NCBI GenBank assembly: GCA_040285825.1
Contig: JAUPSS010000002.1
Location: 3,884,581 to 3,948,580, forward strand
Direction of reading: 5' to 3'
Origin: Eukaryota sp. TZLM1-RC
Taxonomy: Eukaryota; Protista; Metamonada: BaSk clade
Length of the DNA: 64,000 bases
Position 1 is the stretch's first letter; the number at the start of each line of letters is the position of its first letter. Positions 10,927 to 20,583 of this stretch are shown one piece after another. The notes beneath the pieces are model-generated. The model was not told where the DNA came from. It did not search any database and saw only the letters and a list, made by a program, of their open reading frames with translations. Made by a program: the position numbers and the translations under genes.

Positions 10927-13858
10927 TGTAAAGAGAGTTAAGATAAAGTTAATTTTATTAAATGTCATTCTATATAAAGGTACTCACTAGTGAGATACCT
11001 ACACTACCTTCTCCCGTTTCGTTAATTAAAATTACTTACTATTGTTGTTCCGCTTCCTTTGCGGATATCGCTTTTGTCGAGGCACGGGGAGAGCCTGAGA
11101 CGAGCTATTGGATATATTAGCTTTGCGTTTTCTTTTATTTGGCTTACTAATAAATCGCTTATACGCTTCTGAATAACTGATCGAATGGAGTGGTTCCTCG
11201 GTAGTTTCTCCACCAAACCATTTCACAGTACAGAAGGGTCCCTGAGATGTTTTATATTCCTCAAGGATTTCTTCGATGACATGTTTACCTGAATCGGTGG
11301 CTGCGATTGCCCTGAGTAAATCAACATCGTTAGGATCGTCAGCGTTGTATATTTTGCAGTCCCTCTTTGATACATTTGTCTCATAACCAGTCGTCAGGTT
11401 CCTAACTGTCAATGTGGAATTGGATGGGATTTCTATAATTAAAAATGGGCCTAACCAAGATCCATGCAATTTGCTGTTTTGCTTAGCTTTTCGAAGAATA
11501 TAGTCACCAATATTAAATGTGGTTTCTGTATTATTATTAATATTATTCTGATTGGGTTTGTTCAATAATTGGTGGTTCTCTGCTTCCTCCCATTTCTTTT
11601 GGAGACGATCAGTTTTAAGTTTGAGGTCTTGTAAAAGTGGGACATTGGATTCAAAATCGAATATGCCGCCAAGGATGTTAGCAGGGTTTGATCTAGGGCT
11701 GATATATGACCCGAAAATCAATTCATAGGGGGTGTGGTTTGTGATTCTGCTTTTGGTTGAGTTAATTAATAACTGTGTAATTGGGACATATGTGGACCAA
11801 GCATCATAGTCGTTGTAATCTATTAATAATCTTCTTATACATTGAATTACATCCCTATGTTTCCTTTCTACCAATCCATTACTTTCAGAGTGATATGGAA
11901 TTGAATTTGTGACTCCAATTGACATTCTCTGGCATAGCAATTTGAATGTTTCATTGGCGAACTCTGGGCCATTATCACTATGTATAGCCATAGGTATGCC
12001 GAATATTGCACAGATATTCCAAATTAATGCATCTGCCACTTCTAAAGCATTGAGTCCTCTCAGTGGCACTAGTATTGTATATCTAGTGAAACTGTCGACG
12101 AAAACTAATAAGTATTTATTATCATTATTATCTTTATTCAGAGGTCCAATTGTGTCTACATTTAGTTTAGCAAATGGACGATTTGCCCACAGTGAGCCCG
12201 TTGAGGGAGTCTTTGATTGTTTTGTGGGGGCTGTTTTCTGACAAGTAGGACATTTTTCGATGTGTTTGATGACGTCTTTTCTCATGTTTGGCCAGTAAAA
12301 ATCACTTTTGGAAAGCTTGTGAAGACTTTGGTTTTTGCTTGGGTGGCCTGATTGTGTTAATCCGTGTATTAAATTGAGTGCAGTTTTTCTTAGTTTGGTC
12401 GGTATTATCATTTTATTATTATTATTAAGCCAGATTTCTGTGTTTCTGCAGAGTGTGGCGTTTTTGAATAATGGATCGTTATTGCTAATGGCCAGTTGTT
12501 GTTCTGCTCTTACTTTGGATAACCAATTTGAAAAGATTGCTAAATCTGGGTGTCTTGATAATTCGAGAATGTGGATTGGTTCTGGACTTTCATAGTCGGA
12601 ATCGTCATCTGGGGGTGGAATTTCACCGTGCCAGTAAGGATCGTGTGGGTGACTGATGTGATTTAATTCTGGTATTACTGAATTGTCATCAATGTTTCGT
12701 GACATCATGTCTGCCCAGTGATTGTCTTCTCCTTTCTCATGTACTATATCAAAATCAAATTCTGATAAAATAGGTAACCATCTTTTGACTATTTTGTTCT
12801 TTTCTGGAGCTGTGGCGAGGAACGCAATATTTCTATGGTCGGTGAATATGGTCAAGTGTCGAGTGATGAGGAAGCTTTCTAAATGGCTTTCTGTTAGTAT
12901 TAATAATATTGCGTATAGTTCCTTTTGTAATGTTGACCAACGTTTTTGAGTATCAGTTAATATTCTACTGTAAAAAAAGATTGGTTTTACTTTTCTATCT
13001 TTTAATGCAGTTCCCATGGGTGCATATGGTTCGACCTTTTGCCAGATAACTCCTCCTACTGCGATGTCTGATGCATCGGTGCTTATTAAAATGCGTTTGT
13101 CTGGTGATGGTAATTCCAGAGGCATATGATTAATGATTAATTCTTTTATTTGTTCTAATAGTTGGTCGTGTTTGGTTTCCCAGTTGACACGGCGTTGTTT
13201 GTGTTTGATTAATTCGTTTATGGGTGCAATTAGTTGTGAAATGTTTGGGAGCCAGTCTCTGATGAAATTGACTGAGCCGACTAATGACCGAACTTCTTTT
13301 ATTGTTTTTGGAGCAGGGATGTTAATTAAAGCATCGACTCGTTTTTGACTAATTTTACGTTGTTTATATTGGAAAGTGCTGCCTAAAATGTCAATTGGTT
13401 GTTTGTCAGTAACGAATTTACATTTTTTCAATCCAATGTTGACTCTTCTATCCCTTGCGCATTGCAGTACCCTTTGAATTCTTTCTAAAAATTGTTGAAG
13501 GGTTGATCCAATTATGATTATGTCATCAATGTATGTGAACACTCCGTCTATCTGAAAAATTTCCATCATAACATTTTGAAAAATTGCTGGGGTATTCTTT
13601 AATCCGAAACATGCCCTTTTAAACATGATGGATCTGCCAGGGATAGAGATGGATGTCTTTTCAATATCCTCGTCAGCGACTTTCATCTGCCAAAAAGCTT
13701 TTGGAAGGTCCAAAGTGGCGATGTAGTTGGCTTGACTTAGAAATTCCAAAACATCTGAAATTAATGGTAAGTTAGACTCAACTGGAATAGTAAGAGCGTT
13801 AACACCATCTTTACCGCTGAAATCGCCTGTCAACCTCGGTTTTCGATCATCAGGGTAA
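10927..13858 (-). mobile_element. 5'-truncated Ty3/Gypsy retrotransposon with PPT and putative short 3' LTR
   Basis: Pol ORF; PPT GGGAGAAGGTAG (11004-11015) followed by TGTA...TACA (11003 to 10927); homology to the 30-kb element extends to YPDDRKPRLTG at ~13858. Confidence 0.8.
11032..13833 (-). CDS. Gypsy Pol fragment: RT, RNase H, integrase, chromodomain-like C-terminus
   Basis: LDLPKAFWQ, YIDD, TDASD..KELYA..TDH, HHCC (HGLTQSGH..CPTC), DTIG/SDNG/NGLVER, WLGPF, HVIEEIL..VKW. Confidence 0.9.
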   Translation of the reverse strand: MTGDFSGKDGVNALTIPVESNLPLISDVLEFLSQANYIATLDLPKAFWQMKVADEDIEKTSISIPGRSIMFKRACFGLKNTPAIFQNVMMEIFQIDGVFTYIDDIIIIGSTLQQFLERIQRVLQCARDRRVNIGLKKCKFVTDKQPIDILGSTFQYKQRKISQKRVDALINIPAPKTIKEVRSLVGSVNFIRDWLPNISQLIAPINELIKHKQRRVNWETKHDQLLEQIKELIINHMPLELPSPDKRILISTDASDIAVGGVIWQKVEPYAPMGTALKDRKVKPIFFYSRILTDTQKRWSTLQKELYAILLILTESHLESFLITRHLTIFTDHRNIAFLATAPEKNKIVKRWLPILSEFDFDIVHEKGEDNHWADMMSRNIDDNSVIPELNHISHPHDPYWHGEIPPPDDDSDYESPEPIHILELSRHPDLAIFSNWLSKVRAEQQLAISNNDPLFKNATLCRNTEIWLNNNNKMIIPTKLRKTALNLIHGLTQSGHPSKNQSLHKLSKSDFYWPNMRKDVIKHIEKCPTCQKTAPTKQSKTPSTGSLWANRPFAKLNVDTIGPLNKDNNDNKYLLVFVDSFTRYTILVPLRGLNALEVADALIWNICAIFGIPMAIHSDNGPEFANETFKLLCQRMSIGVTNSIPYHSESNGLVERKHRDVIQCIRRLLIDYNDYDAWSTYVPITQLLINSTKSRITNHTPYELIFGSYISPRSNPANILGGIFDFESNVPLLQDLKLKTDRLQKKWEEAENHQLLNKPNQNNINNNTETTFNIGDYILRKAKQNSKLHGSWLGPFLIIEIPSNSTLTVRNLTTGYETNVSKRDCKIYNADDPNDVDLLRAIAATDSGKHVIEEILEEYKTSQGPFCTVKWFGGETTEEPLHSISYSEAYKRFISKPNKRKRKANISNSSSQALPVPRQKRYPQRKRNNNSK

Positions 13859-13859
13859 T

Positions 13860-14477
13860 CATTGATGGAGTTGATGGATTCTGTGGTGTAGAAGGAGTTG
13901 ATGGAGTTGATGGATTCTGTGGTGTAGAAGGAGTTGATGGAGTCTGTGGTGTAAAAGGAGTAAGTGGAGAAGGACTTGAAAAGGACGGAAGTGCTTGTCT
14001 AGGAGCTGGACTATTGATACTGGAAGCTCGTCTTTTGCGTTGTCTAGAATGTGTAGCTAGATACACTCGTAAGTCTGCAACCTTCTTACCATTGTTACTC
14101 TCAGGACACCCTATTTGGTTGCATAACGGTACCTGTCTTTTAGGTAGTAGGTCAGGTACATAATGCCCTTCCATTGCCCATCGGTTGACAGAATAGACCT
14201 CATCGCATAATAGACATTGAAAGCGCGCACAAGTCTTTGAAACAACTTCGTTGACTTGACAGACATTCGTCCAAGCCTCACAAGGGAGTGAAGTCATTAA
14301 CAAAAGAAAATATATAAGAAAAATGAAGTGAGAAAGGGGTGGAGAGTAAAGAAAGAAGCGTTCACTACTTTATACCACTTTAGCCAATTTTAGAGCTTAA
14401 AGCTTAAAGTTTAAAGTAAAGCTTAAAGTAAATAAAGTACTTTAATTTCATTTTTTGGACCACTTTAGTCATCCCTG
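13860..14477 (-). mobile_element. One end of a longer hAT-type element with N-terminal zinc-finger-like ORF (13830-14303)
   Basis: TIR CAGGGATGACTAAAGTG ending at 14477; ORF nearly matches the MITE remnant (YSVNRWAMEGHY.PDL.PKR.VP.CNQIG), with CLLC..H..H resembling a BED finger; truncated at the Gypsy junction. Confidence 0.75.
13862..13960. repeat. 36-bp tandem repeat built from 9-bp subunits (encodes PSTPSTPQN-type repeat)
   Basis: ttgatggagttgatggattctgtggtgtagaaggag x2 plus a partial third copy. Confidence 0.9.
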
Positions 14478-15811
14478 CTTTTTTCTTTGAACCTTTGTCA
14501 ACCTTGGCTCTTTGCAGGTATTCCGGTCTATCTCCACCATTTACATGTGCTTCCATCACTGCCAACATATTAAGCGAAGCATTTCAATCTCTATTCCACA
14601 AACTTTCGCATGATTTGCACATGGTAAGCCCGTGGCGAATAGACATCTCATGCCTCTTCCATGGCCTAGGATTTCTGCACCATCGGAATGTTTCAACTGT
14701 TTTCCTTTGGTAGGTTCTTTGAATTTCATGTGTTTTCGTTGTTCCCAGTCTCCGATTCCAATAACTACTTGGCTGGGATCACCAATTACTGATTTGAATC
14801 TCTGTATCATCTTCGCCTCAGATCTTGTGCGATTAATCTCAGCCCATCATCTTAGTTTCCTAAATATTTTTTGATGATAGACTTCACCAACAATACTATT
14901 CACATAATTCTTTTGTTTAATATACTCCATAAATCTATCAAACCTGCAGCTTTTGGAATTGAATTGGGATAAAGTTGCTTCCCATTCTACTACAGATTTA
15001 GTCGTGTGATCATTATTTCTCAAATTGAATGAGTAATCAATTTCGTGGGGAATATTGATTTCTTGAGGTACTTCACCTCTTAATAAACTAATTGTTCTTT
15101 CAGTCATTTGATTAATTATACTGCTGCTTAAATCCATCCTTTGTTGTTGCTGTTCAGATTGTTCATAATTGGATAGATCAATCACTCTACCAGTAGAGTT
15201 ACTTATTGTGATAAGAGTGTCATTACGTATGATGACTCTTATTCTTTTGAATTTGGAACTTTTCGACTCAAATCTTCGTTGATTTTGAGTGTACCTGAAA
15301 TGAACATATTTATCTCTCTCAGGTTTTCTTTGAATAAGTCATTCCAGTAGCTAAATTGGCAGAAAAATAGAGTAGATCAGATTTTCCTGGATCAGCAGCG
15401 GCAGGGTCATATCTTGGTATTCAGAAGGATTGATGCTGGGGTCATCAATATATTTTTCCTTATGTTTTAACTCTTTTGCACTTACTTTGTACTTTTTCAA
15501 GTCCATTCTAGATTGAATGAAACTTACTGCTATTCCATCAATCTCGATACTAGACATGAAGAACTTGGAATTTTCTGAATAAAGTTTAGTGTTTTTAATC
15601 TCGTCCATTTTTAAAATGGTGTCCCATAAAACCAAATCAGCAGCTTGATTATTGCATTGGTAAGACGACCTTGGACCAAGAATATCCTTAAATTGGACAA
15701 AGAACAAGTCCAATAAACTTTTTTGAATGAGTCATTCTAGTAGCTAAATTGGCAGAAAAATAGAGTAGATCAGATTTTCCTGGATCAGCAGCAGCAAGGG
15801 TCATATCTTGG
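14478..15811 (-). pseudogene. Fanzor1 pseudogene, family A copy 2
   Basis: Across frames: SIEIDGIAVSF, RuvC-I AADPGKSDLLYF, YHQKIFRKLR, VVIGIGDW..EPTKGK, IRHGL..C..C.SLWNRD*NASLNM..DRPEYLQRA; RuvC-II segment deleted; 15329-15417 duplicated at 15722-15811. Confidence 0.85.
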
Positions 15812-15897
15812 AATTTTCATTGGAAAGAACCGTTTTTGTTTACCTCGAAAAGATTCAACCGCTTCAACATATCTTCTGATTTTACACAACTATCCAA

Positions 15898-16680
15898 ATG
15901 TCTGTCTTTGTGCCTCACATGGACAACATTGGAGGTCGAGATTTACTCACCCATGAACGATTTAATCACATTTCATCTTTAAACACCACTAGGAACCGCC
16001 CTTCATCTCGACCCAGCAGTGCTGTTAAACCAATTTCTGAAAAGTCGGCTCGTGATTTAAACAACAGACTATGCGTCCGTGGATGTGAATATGATGAAGT
16101 TTTTGAGACTTATAGACGTGTTTCCAAAGTCAAAAGTCGCATTGACAACAAACCACCAGTCTCTCTTAAATTCAGAAACAATTGTTCAAATAGAAGAAGG
16201 AGGCTAAATAAAACTGTCCATGATAACCATTCCTTAGAGGTCTACCACCTTCAACGCCGTATGGCAACTACACATTCCTTGACAAACAGAAAGAAAAACT
16301 CTCTTGATCACACTATCAATCCTTCTTATCTGATGAGGAGAACCCCTCGTAAGTACTCTGTTTCAGACAATCAAATGTTGATGTCATCAAGGTCAGAATC
16401 CTGTTTGACTAATGAAGACTATTCTAGTGTTGATTCGCTTTCTCAAAGTCTATCCTCTACTTTCCTGTCAACTTCATCATTTTCTCTCCCTCCTTTGGCC
16501 AATGTTCGAGATGCAAATGAACTGGCTGCAAGGCTCTCAGACTGTGTGGTTTCTCAAAGATTGTATAAGGACGAACATCTGTTAGAGATTGTGGATTGGG
16601 TTCATGAGCATGATAATATTGATTATAATCTTCGGCAAGCTGGTATTGAATTATTTAAAAAAGAATATTTGATTTGCTAA
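15898..16680 (+). CDS. Hypothetical protein, possibly SPATA7-like ciliary protein
   Basis: 260-aa ATG ORF; KSRIDNKPP and C-terminal VVSQRLYKDEHL resemble SPATA7-type motifs (recognised by eye). Confidence 0.55.
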   Translation: MSVFVPHMDNIGGRDLLTHERFNHISSLNTTRNRPSSRPSSAVKPISEKSARDLNNRLCVRGCEYDEVFETYRRVSKVKSRIDNKPPVSLKFRNNCSNRRRRLNKTVHDNHSLEVYHLQRRMATTHSLTNRKKNSLDHTINPSYLMRRTPRKYSVSDNQMLMSSRSESCLTNEDYSSVDSLSQSLSSTFLSTSSFSLPPLANVRDANELAARLSDCVVSQRLYKDEHLLEIVDWVHEHDNIDYNLRQAGIELFKKEYLIC

Positions 16681-16726
16681 GTGGTCTAACTGAATTTAGT
16701 CGTTTTTTGAATGTACATTATTTTTT

Positions 16727-17176
16727 TTATTTAATATCTTTTTCTTTCTTCTTTTCCAGTTCTTTTTGTAATAAAGCTAATCTATTGGTTTTTGGTTGTA
16801 CTTCTTCTTCTCCAGACATACCCAATATCTCCAATATATCTGCAGCCTGTGACTTTTCAACAACCATTTTCCTACCAAGACGTCGTTGATGCTTTTGTCC
16901 ATTTAGATGGTCTAAATAAGCAATACTGTCATGAAACCCCACATCACAGACCTCACAGCGGTAATAACTAACTCCTCCCGCAGTATCCTTATCAATGGTT
17001 CGCTGGCCAACGTGCTGGTCCAGATTAAGTTCTCTGTGTGGCTTCAAAGTGTCCTTTACCATAGGTAGCACACGAAGGCCCTTGTCCTTGGAATCTCTTG
17101 AAGAAGAAGTGGAAGCAAGCTGAGAACTATCCCACTTTTTTCTGTAGCTGAGATTGACGCCCGAAGGTGTGGACAT
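16727..17176 (-). CDS. ZMAT2: Spliceosomal matrin-type zinc-finger protein Snu23/ZMAT2
   Basis: RKKWD N-terminal motif; YYRCEVCD..FHDSIAYLDHLNGQKHQRRLG. Confidence 0.88.
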   Translation of the reverse strand: MSTPSGVNLSYRKKWDSSQLASTSSSRDSKDKGLRVLPMVKDTLKPHRELNLDQHVGQRTIDKDTAGGVSYYRCEVCDVGFHDSIAYLDHLNGQKHQRRLGRKMVVEKSQAADILEILGMSGEEEVQPKTNRLALLQKELEKKKEKDIK

Positions 17177-17660
17177 CAGCTAAAAGAACTTTGAAAGAAG
17201 ATTATTTTATTTTTACCTACCACAAATCAATTTTAATACTTTCATCACTTTACTAAAGTACTTTCTATGCCTTTCAATAAACTCACAGGTGTTACACTTT
17301 GAAGGGGAGACATTGATATTTGCAAGAGATGATAATCATATCTGATCAGTAAACGTAAAGTATCCGTATATATACTGTACCCCTATATTAATAAAGCCTC
17401 CAGAAACCAGCTGGAGATTGCAATCAGTGAGTATTTCGCTGGTACTAGGCCAGAACCATTCCAAAGGCCAAGGCGTGTGAGACGTCTAAGGAGACAGTAG
17501 TAGCTGTTTTCATCAACGTATTTCCAAGGTGTTTAGTGATTACTAACTCTTGGTGCTGAGAAAATTACATTTATGTTGGCGATATTCATTCAATATCTTG
17601 ATGTGAAAATCTTGAAAACTGAATTGATTACGAAAATGATTGTTTTTCGCCAACACTTCG

Positions 17661-19247
17661 ATGACAGCTTCACATGTTTCTTCTCAGATTCAAATTGAGC
17701 TCTCGAAACTTAGGAAAGATAGAGAAGCTATAATCAGCAAAACTTGTGCTTTGCGTTCCCATTCTTATCAATTAGTGGACGGTAAGCGTAACTACCGTAG
17801 ATTTAGCAAGTATCTCTCCAAAACTCAACAAAATATTCAGGAATTGTCAGAACAACTAGAGTCTCCAGAAGATGCCACAACTAATACCAATAAACAATAT
17901 CAGCCAAAGGAGACATCCACAGTACCGCATATTCCGGTATTAACCTTGACCGAATCACATCCAAAAGCAACCATACCACAAAAGCCCCGAACCTTTAGTT
18001 CCATTGAAACCCCCAGGTGTAAGTCCACAGCAGCCCGTAGACATTTCCATCAAAAACAATGCACAAGATCAGTGAATCCCAGGTCAAGACCCCCATCAAA
18101 TAGAAGTTCCATCTTCACCAGCACTTCCATAGCCTCTCTCTCATCCATACCATCCCGTCCTTGCTGTGTCTCCTCTTCGTGGGGCGATCATGGGGTGCGG
18201 TTCTGCATGTCACCTTCTCAAGAACCTCTTCCACTTTGGAAAGCTCTATTCGAGGCTGGGACAATGCGACATTTACCTGTATTCTTTTCATTTGAGTGTA
18301 CACGTGATTGCATAACCCTAACCAAAAGAACCTCTCCTCTTACTATTCCCTCCTTCAACACCCTCTCAAGTCTATGCTCGCTACCCTCACTGTGTTTTCC
18401 TTTTTGGCATTCGTATGAATTAACGAAGGAGAATGGGGTTGTAGAGGAAGTGCAGGATGAGGTGTACAGAGATGCAGTTTTTTCATCAGAAGCATTACAG
18501 GTCATTATTCATGAATTTTGGTCGCTCAGTCAAGAGAATTCTTTAGTTTCGAAAGACGAATATGTAGTTTTAAATTTAAGAATAGCGAAATCTTTATTTC
18601 CATTAGAAGAATTTGATAATTTTGAAGCTGGAATACGGAAACTGATTGAGAATGATTGGGAAATTGATTGTTCCATGTCACAGGGTAGTAATTGTTTATG
18701 TCCAGGTTCTTTTTATTGTTCAATTCTATCCTTAGCTCATCAATGGTGTGGCTGGATGTCAATTGAAATTTTTGATGAGTTTTTAAAAGATCTTTTGAGC
18801 TCTATTTCAGATGTTTCAAAATTTGGAAAACGAAAAGCCAAGTTATTGACTAGTATTTATAATAATGGTTTTTTGAAAGCAAATTTATCTTGTTGTTTGG
18901 GATTTTATTCCCCAAATTGTTTTGAAAATTTAGCAAAGTTGGACAAATCAAATTCAAATTTTGATCACCTAGCTCTTGATTTTAGTAAATTACCACCTTC
19001 CAGTAGTTTTGGAAAGAATAGTTTTTCCAGGTCTAATAATCAACGACGACTTTCGACCACCAGGAATCTAACTGATACTAGGATGATCTCTTCTCGATCG
19101 TCACATCACGGGTTGACACGTGTCATTGTGTCACGTGCTAGTCACGATAATAGAGGGTTTGGAAAGTTAAGTAATGAAGGATTGTTGAGAGGAAGTGTTA
19201 TGGAAAGATGCCTGACTCCTCGTTTTGTAAATAAACATCATAATTAA
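17661..19247 (+). CDS. Hypothetical protein (coiled coil, low-complexity region, degenerate EF-hand-like region)
   Basis: Long ORF; first ATG at 17661; SKDEYV...NDWEIDC...LAHQW segment. Confidence 0.65.
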   Translation: MTASHVSSQIQIELSKLRKDREAIISKTCALRSHSYQLVDGKRNYRRFSKYLSKTQQNIQELSEQLESPEDATTNTNKQYQPKETSTVPHIPVLTLTESHPKATIPQKPRTFSSIETPRCKSTAARRHFHQKQCTRSVNPRSRPPSNRSSIFTSTSIASLSSIPSRPCCVSSSWGDHGVRFCMSPSQEPLPLWKALFEAGTMRHLPVFFSFECTRDCITLTKRTSPLTIPSFNTLSSLCSLPSLCFPFWHSYELTKENGVVEEVQDEVYRDAVFSSEALQVIIHEFWSLSQENSLVSKDEYVVLNLRIAKSLFPLEEFDNFEAGIRKLIENDWEIDCSMSQGSNCLCPGSFYCSILSLAHQWCGWMSIEIFDEFLKDLLSSISDVSKFGKRKAKLLTSIYNNGFLKANLSCCLGFYSPNCFENLAKLDKSNSNFDHLALDFSKLPPSSSFGKNSFSRSNNQRRLSTTRNLTDTRMISSRSSHHGLTRVIVSRASHDNRGFGKLSNEGLLRGSVMERCLTPRFVNKHHN

Positions 19248-19287
19248 TTTAATAATTTATGGTATTTATTTATGGTTATTTATGGTA

Positions 19288-19989
19288 TTCATCTTTTGAA
19301 CTGCATTTCATTACGTTTAGAAGCAAAGTGCATAATAACGTCAGGGACCAAATTTATGTAATGTGCAAATCATATCGAGTAGATTCCTTTTTAGAACCGC
19401 TGTTATCAAAATTAATTCTTGATGATCCCAATATTGTTAGTACGCGTTACAACAGAGCTTCTATGGATCTGGCAAGAGGTGATCTAGTTGTTCCTGGTTT
19501 AAATGGTAGTTTTACTATCTTGGACGCCATGTCTATTGACCCTTGTAATTCCTCTAACGAACATCTCATTAACTCGGATGTAAATAATCCTCTTCTTGCA
19601 GGCGAAAAATATAAAATTGCTAAATATGCGAAACCCATTTCCTCGGTTAATGAAATTTCTCATGCCCAATATAATTTATGTCCATTTGTTTTTTCTTTGC
19701 TTGGATCTCTAGGTAAGGCTGCTATGGCTTTCCTTGAGGATTTTGTTGTAGTTGTAAAGGAAAGAACTGGAAGAATTTTCAATCGTGTTCACTGGCAAAA
19801 CAGAATTGTATTTTCTATTTTTAAGGGAATGGTAAAACTAATTTCTGATTCACTATCTTCTTTTGGGAAATTTTCTGAATCTTTAGCAATTAATTGTTTT
19901 GATGTAGGGGAGGCAGGTTTTGAGGATGTGGAGTTTTAATTCTGTATTTCATATTTGTTGTTAAATAAAAATAAATAAAAGAAAAAAAA
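19288..19989 (+). mobile_element. 5'-truncated RLE non-LTR retrotransposon (family B)
   Basis: HLLNC/RSKVHNNVRD..EP..RGDL..LD..EKYKIAKY..PFVFSLLG endonuclease motifs; A-rich tail 19964-19989; 12-bp TSD TTATTTATGGTA (19276-19287, 19990-20001). Confidence 0.85.
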
Positions 19990-20583
19990 TTATTTATGGT
20001 AATTCTATATATAATTTAAATAAATGGTAATTTTTTACATAAGATTTTCATATCACCACAATAGAATTAATTATTAATATCCGTTTAGTCATTGATTCAT
20101 TGACAATGATAATTATTGTTCAAGAAACACAAAACTAAGCTTATTTCTGTCTCATCTCTGTAGGCGACTCTGGTTTTGCATCGCAGATGTGAAGCTTGAA
20201 GGTTATTCTCAACCCACTATTTGTCTATTTGTTTTACATCCAATAATAATTTAGATTTTTGCCATGAAAACCAAAAATGTTTTGGACGTGAATTATAATA
20301 GATCATTATTTGGAACCCTGAAATAGATTTGAGGTTTTCAGACAGTCCTTACTAAGTCTCATATTGAGCCTCACAACGCCTCATTTTGGATTGATGTTAC
20401 TTTCTTGTTGAAAATAGAACCTAAAAAAATTTATGATCATATACACCGTTAGTTAACAGGATGAATTATCCCAGAAAAGAAAAAAACAGAAAACAAAACA
20501 AAACTAATAAATATATTAATTGAACATACACACTTAATAAAATAAATTCATAACTGATGGGGCGAAAATCATTGAATTGGTAT

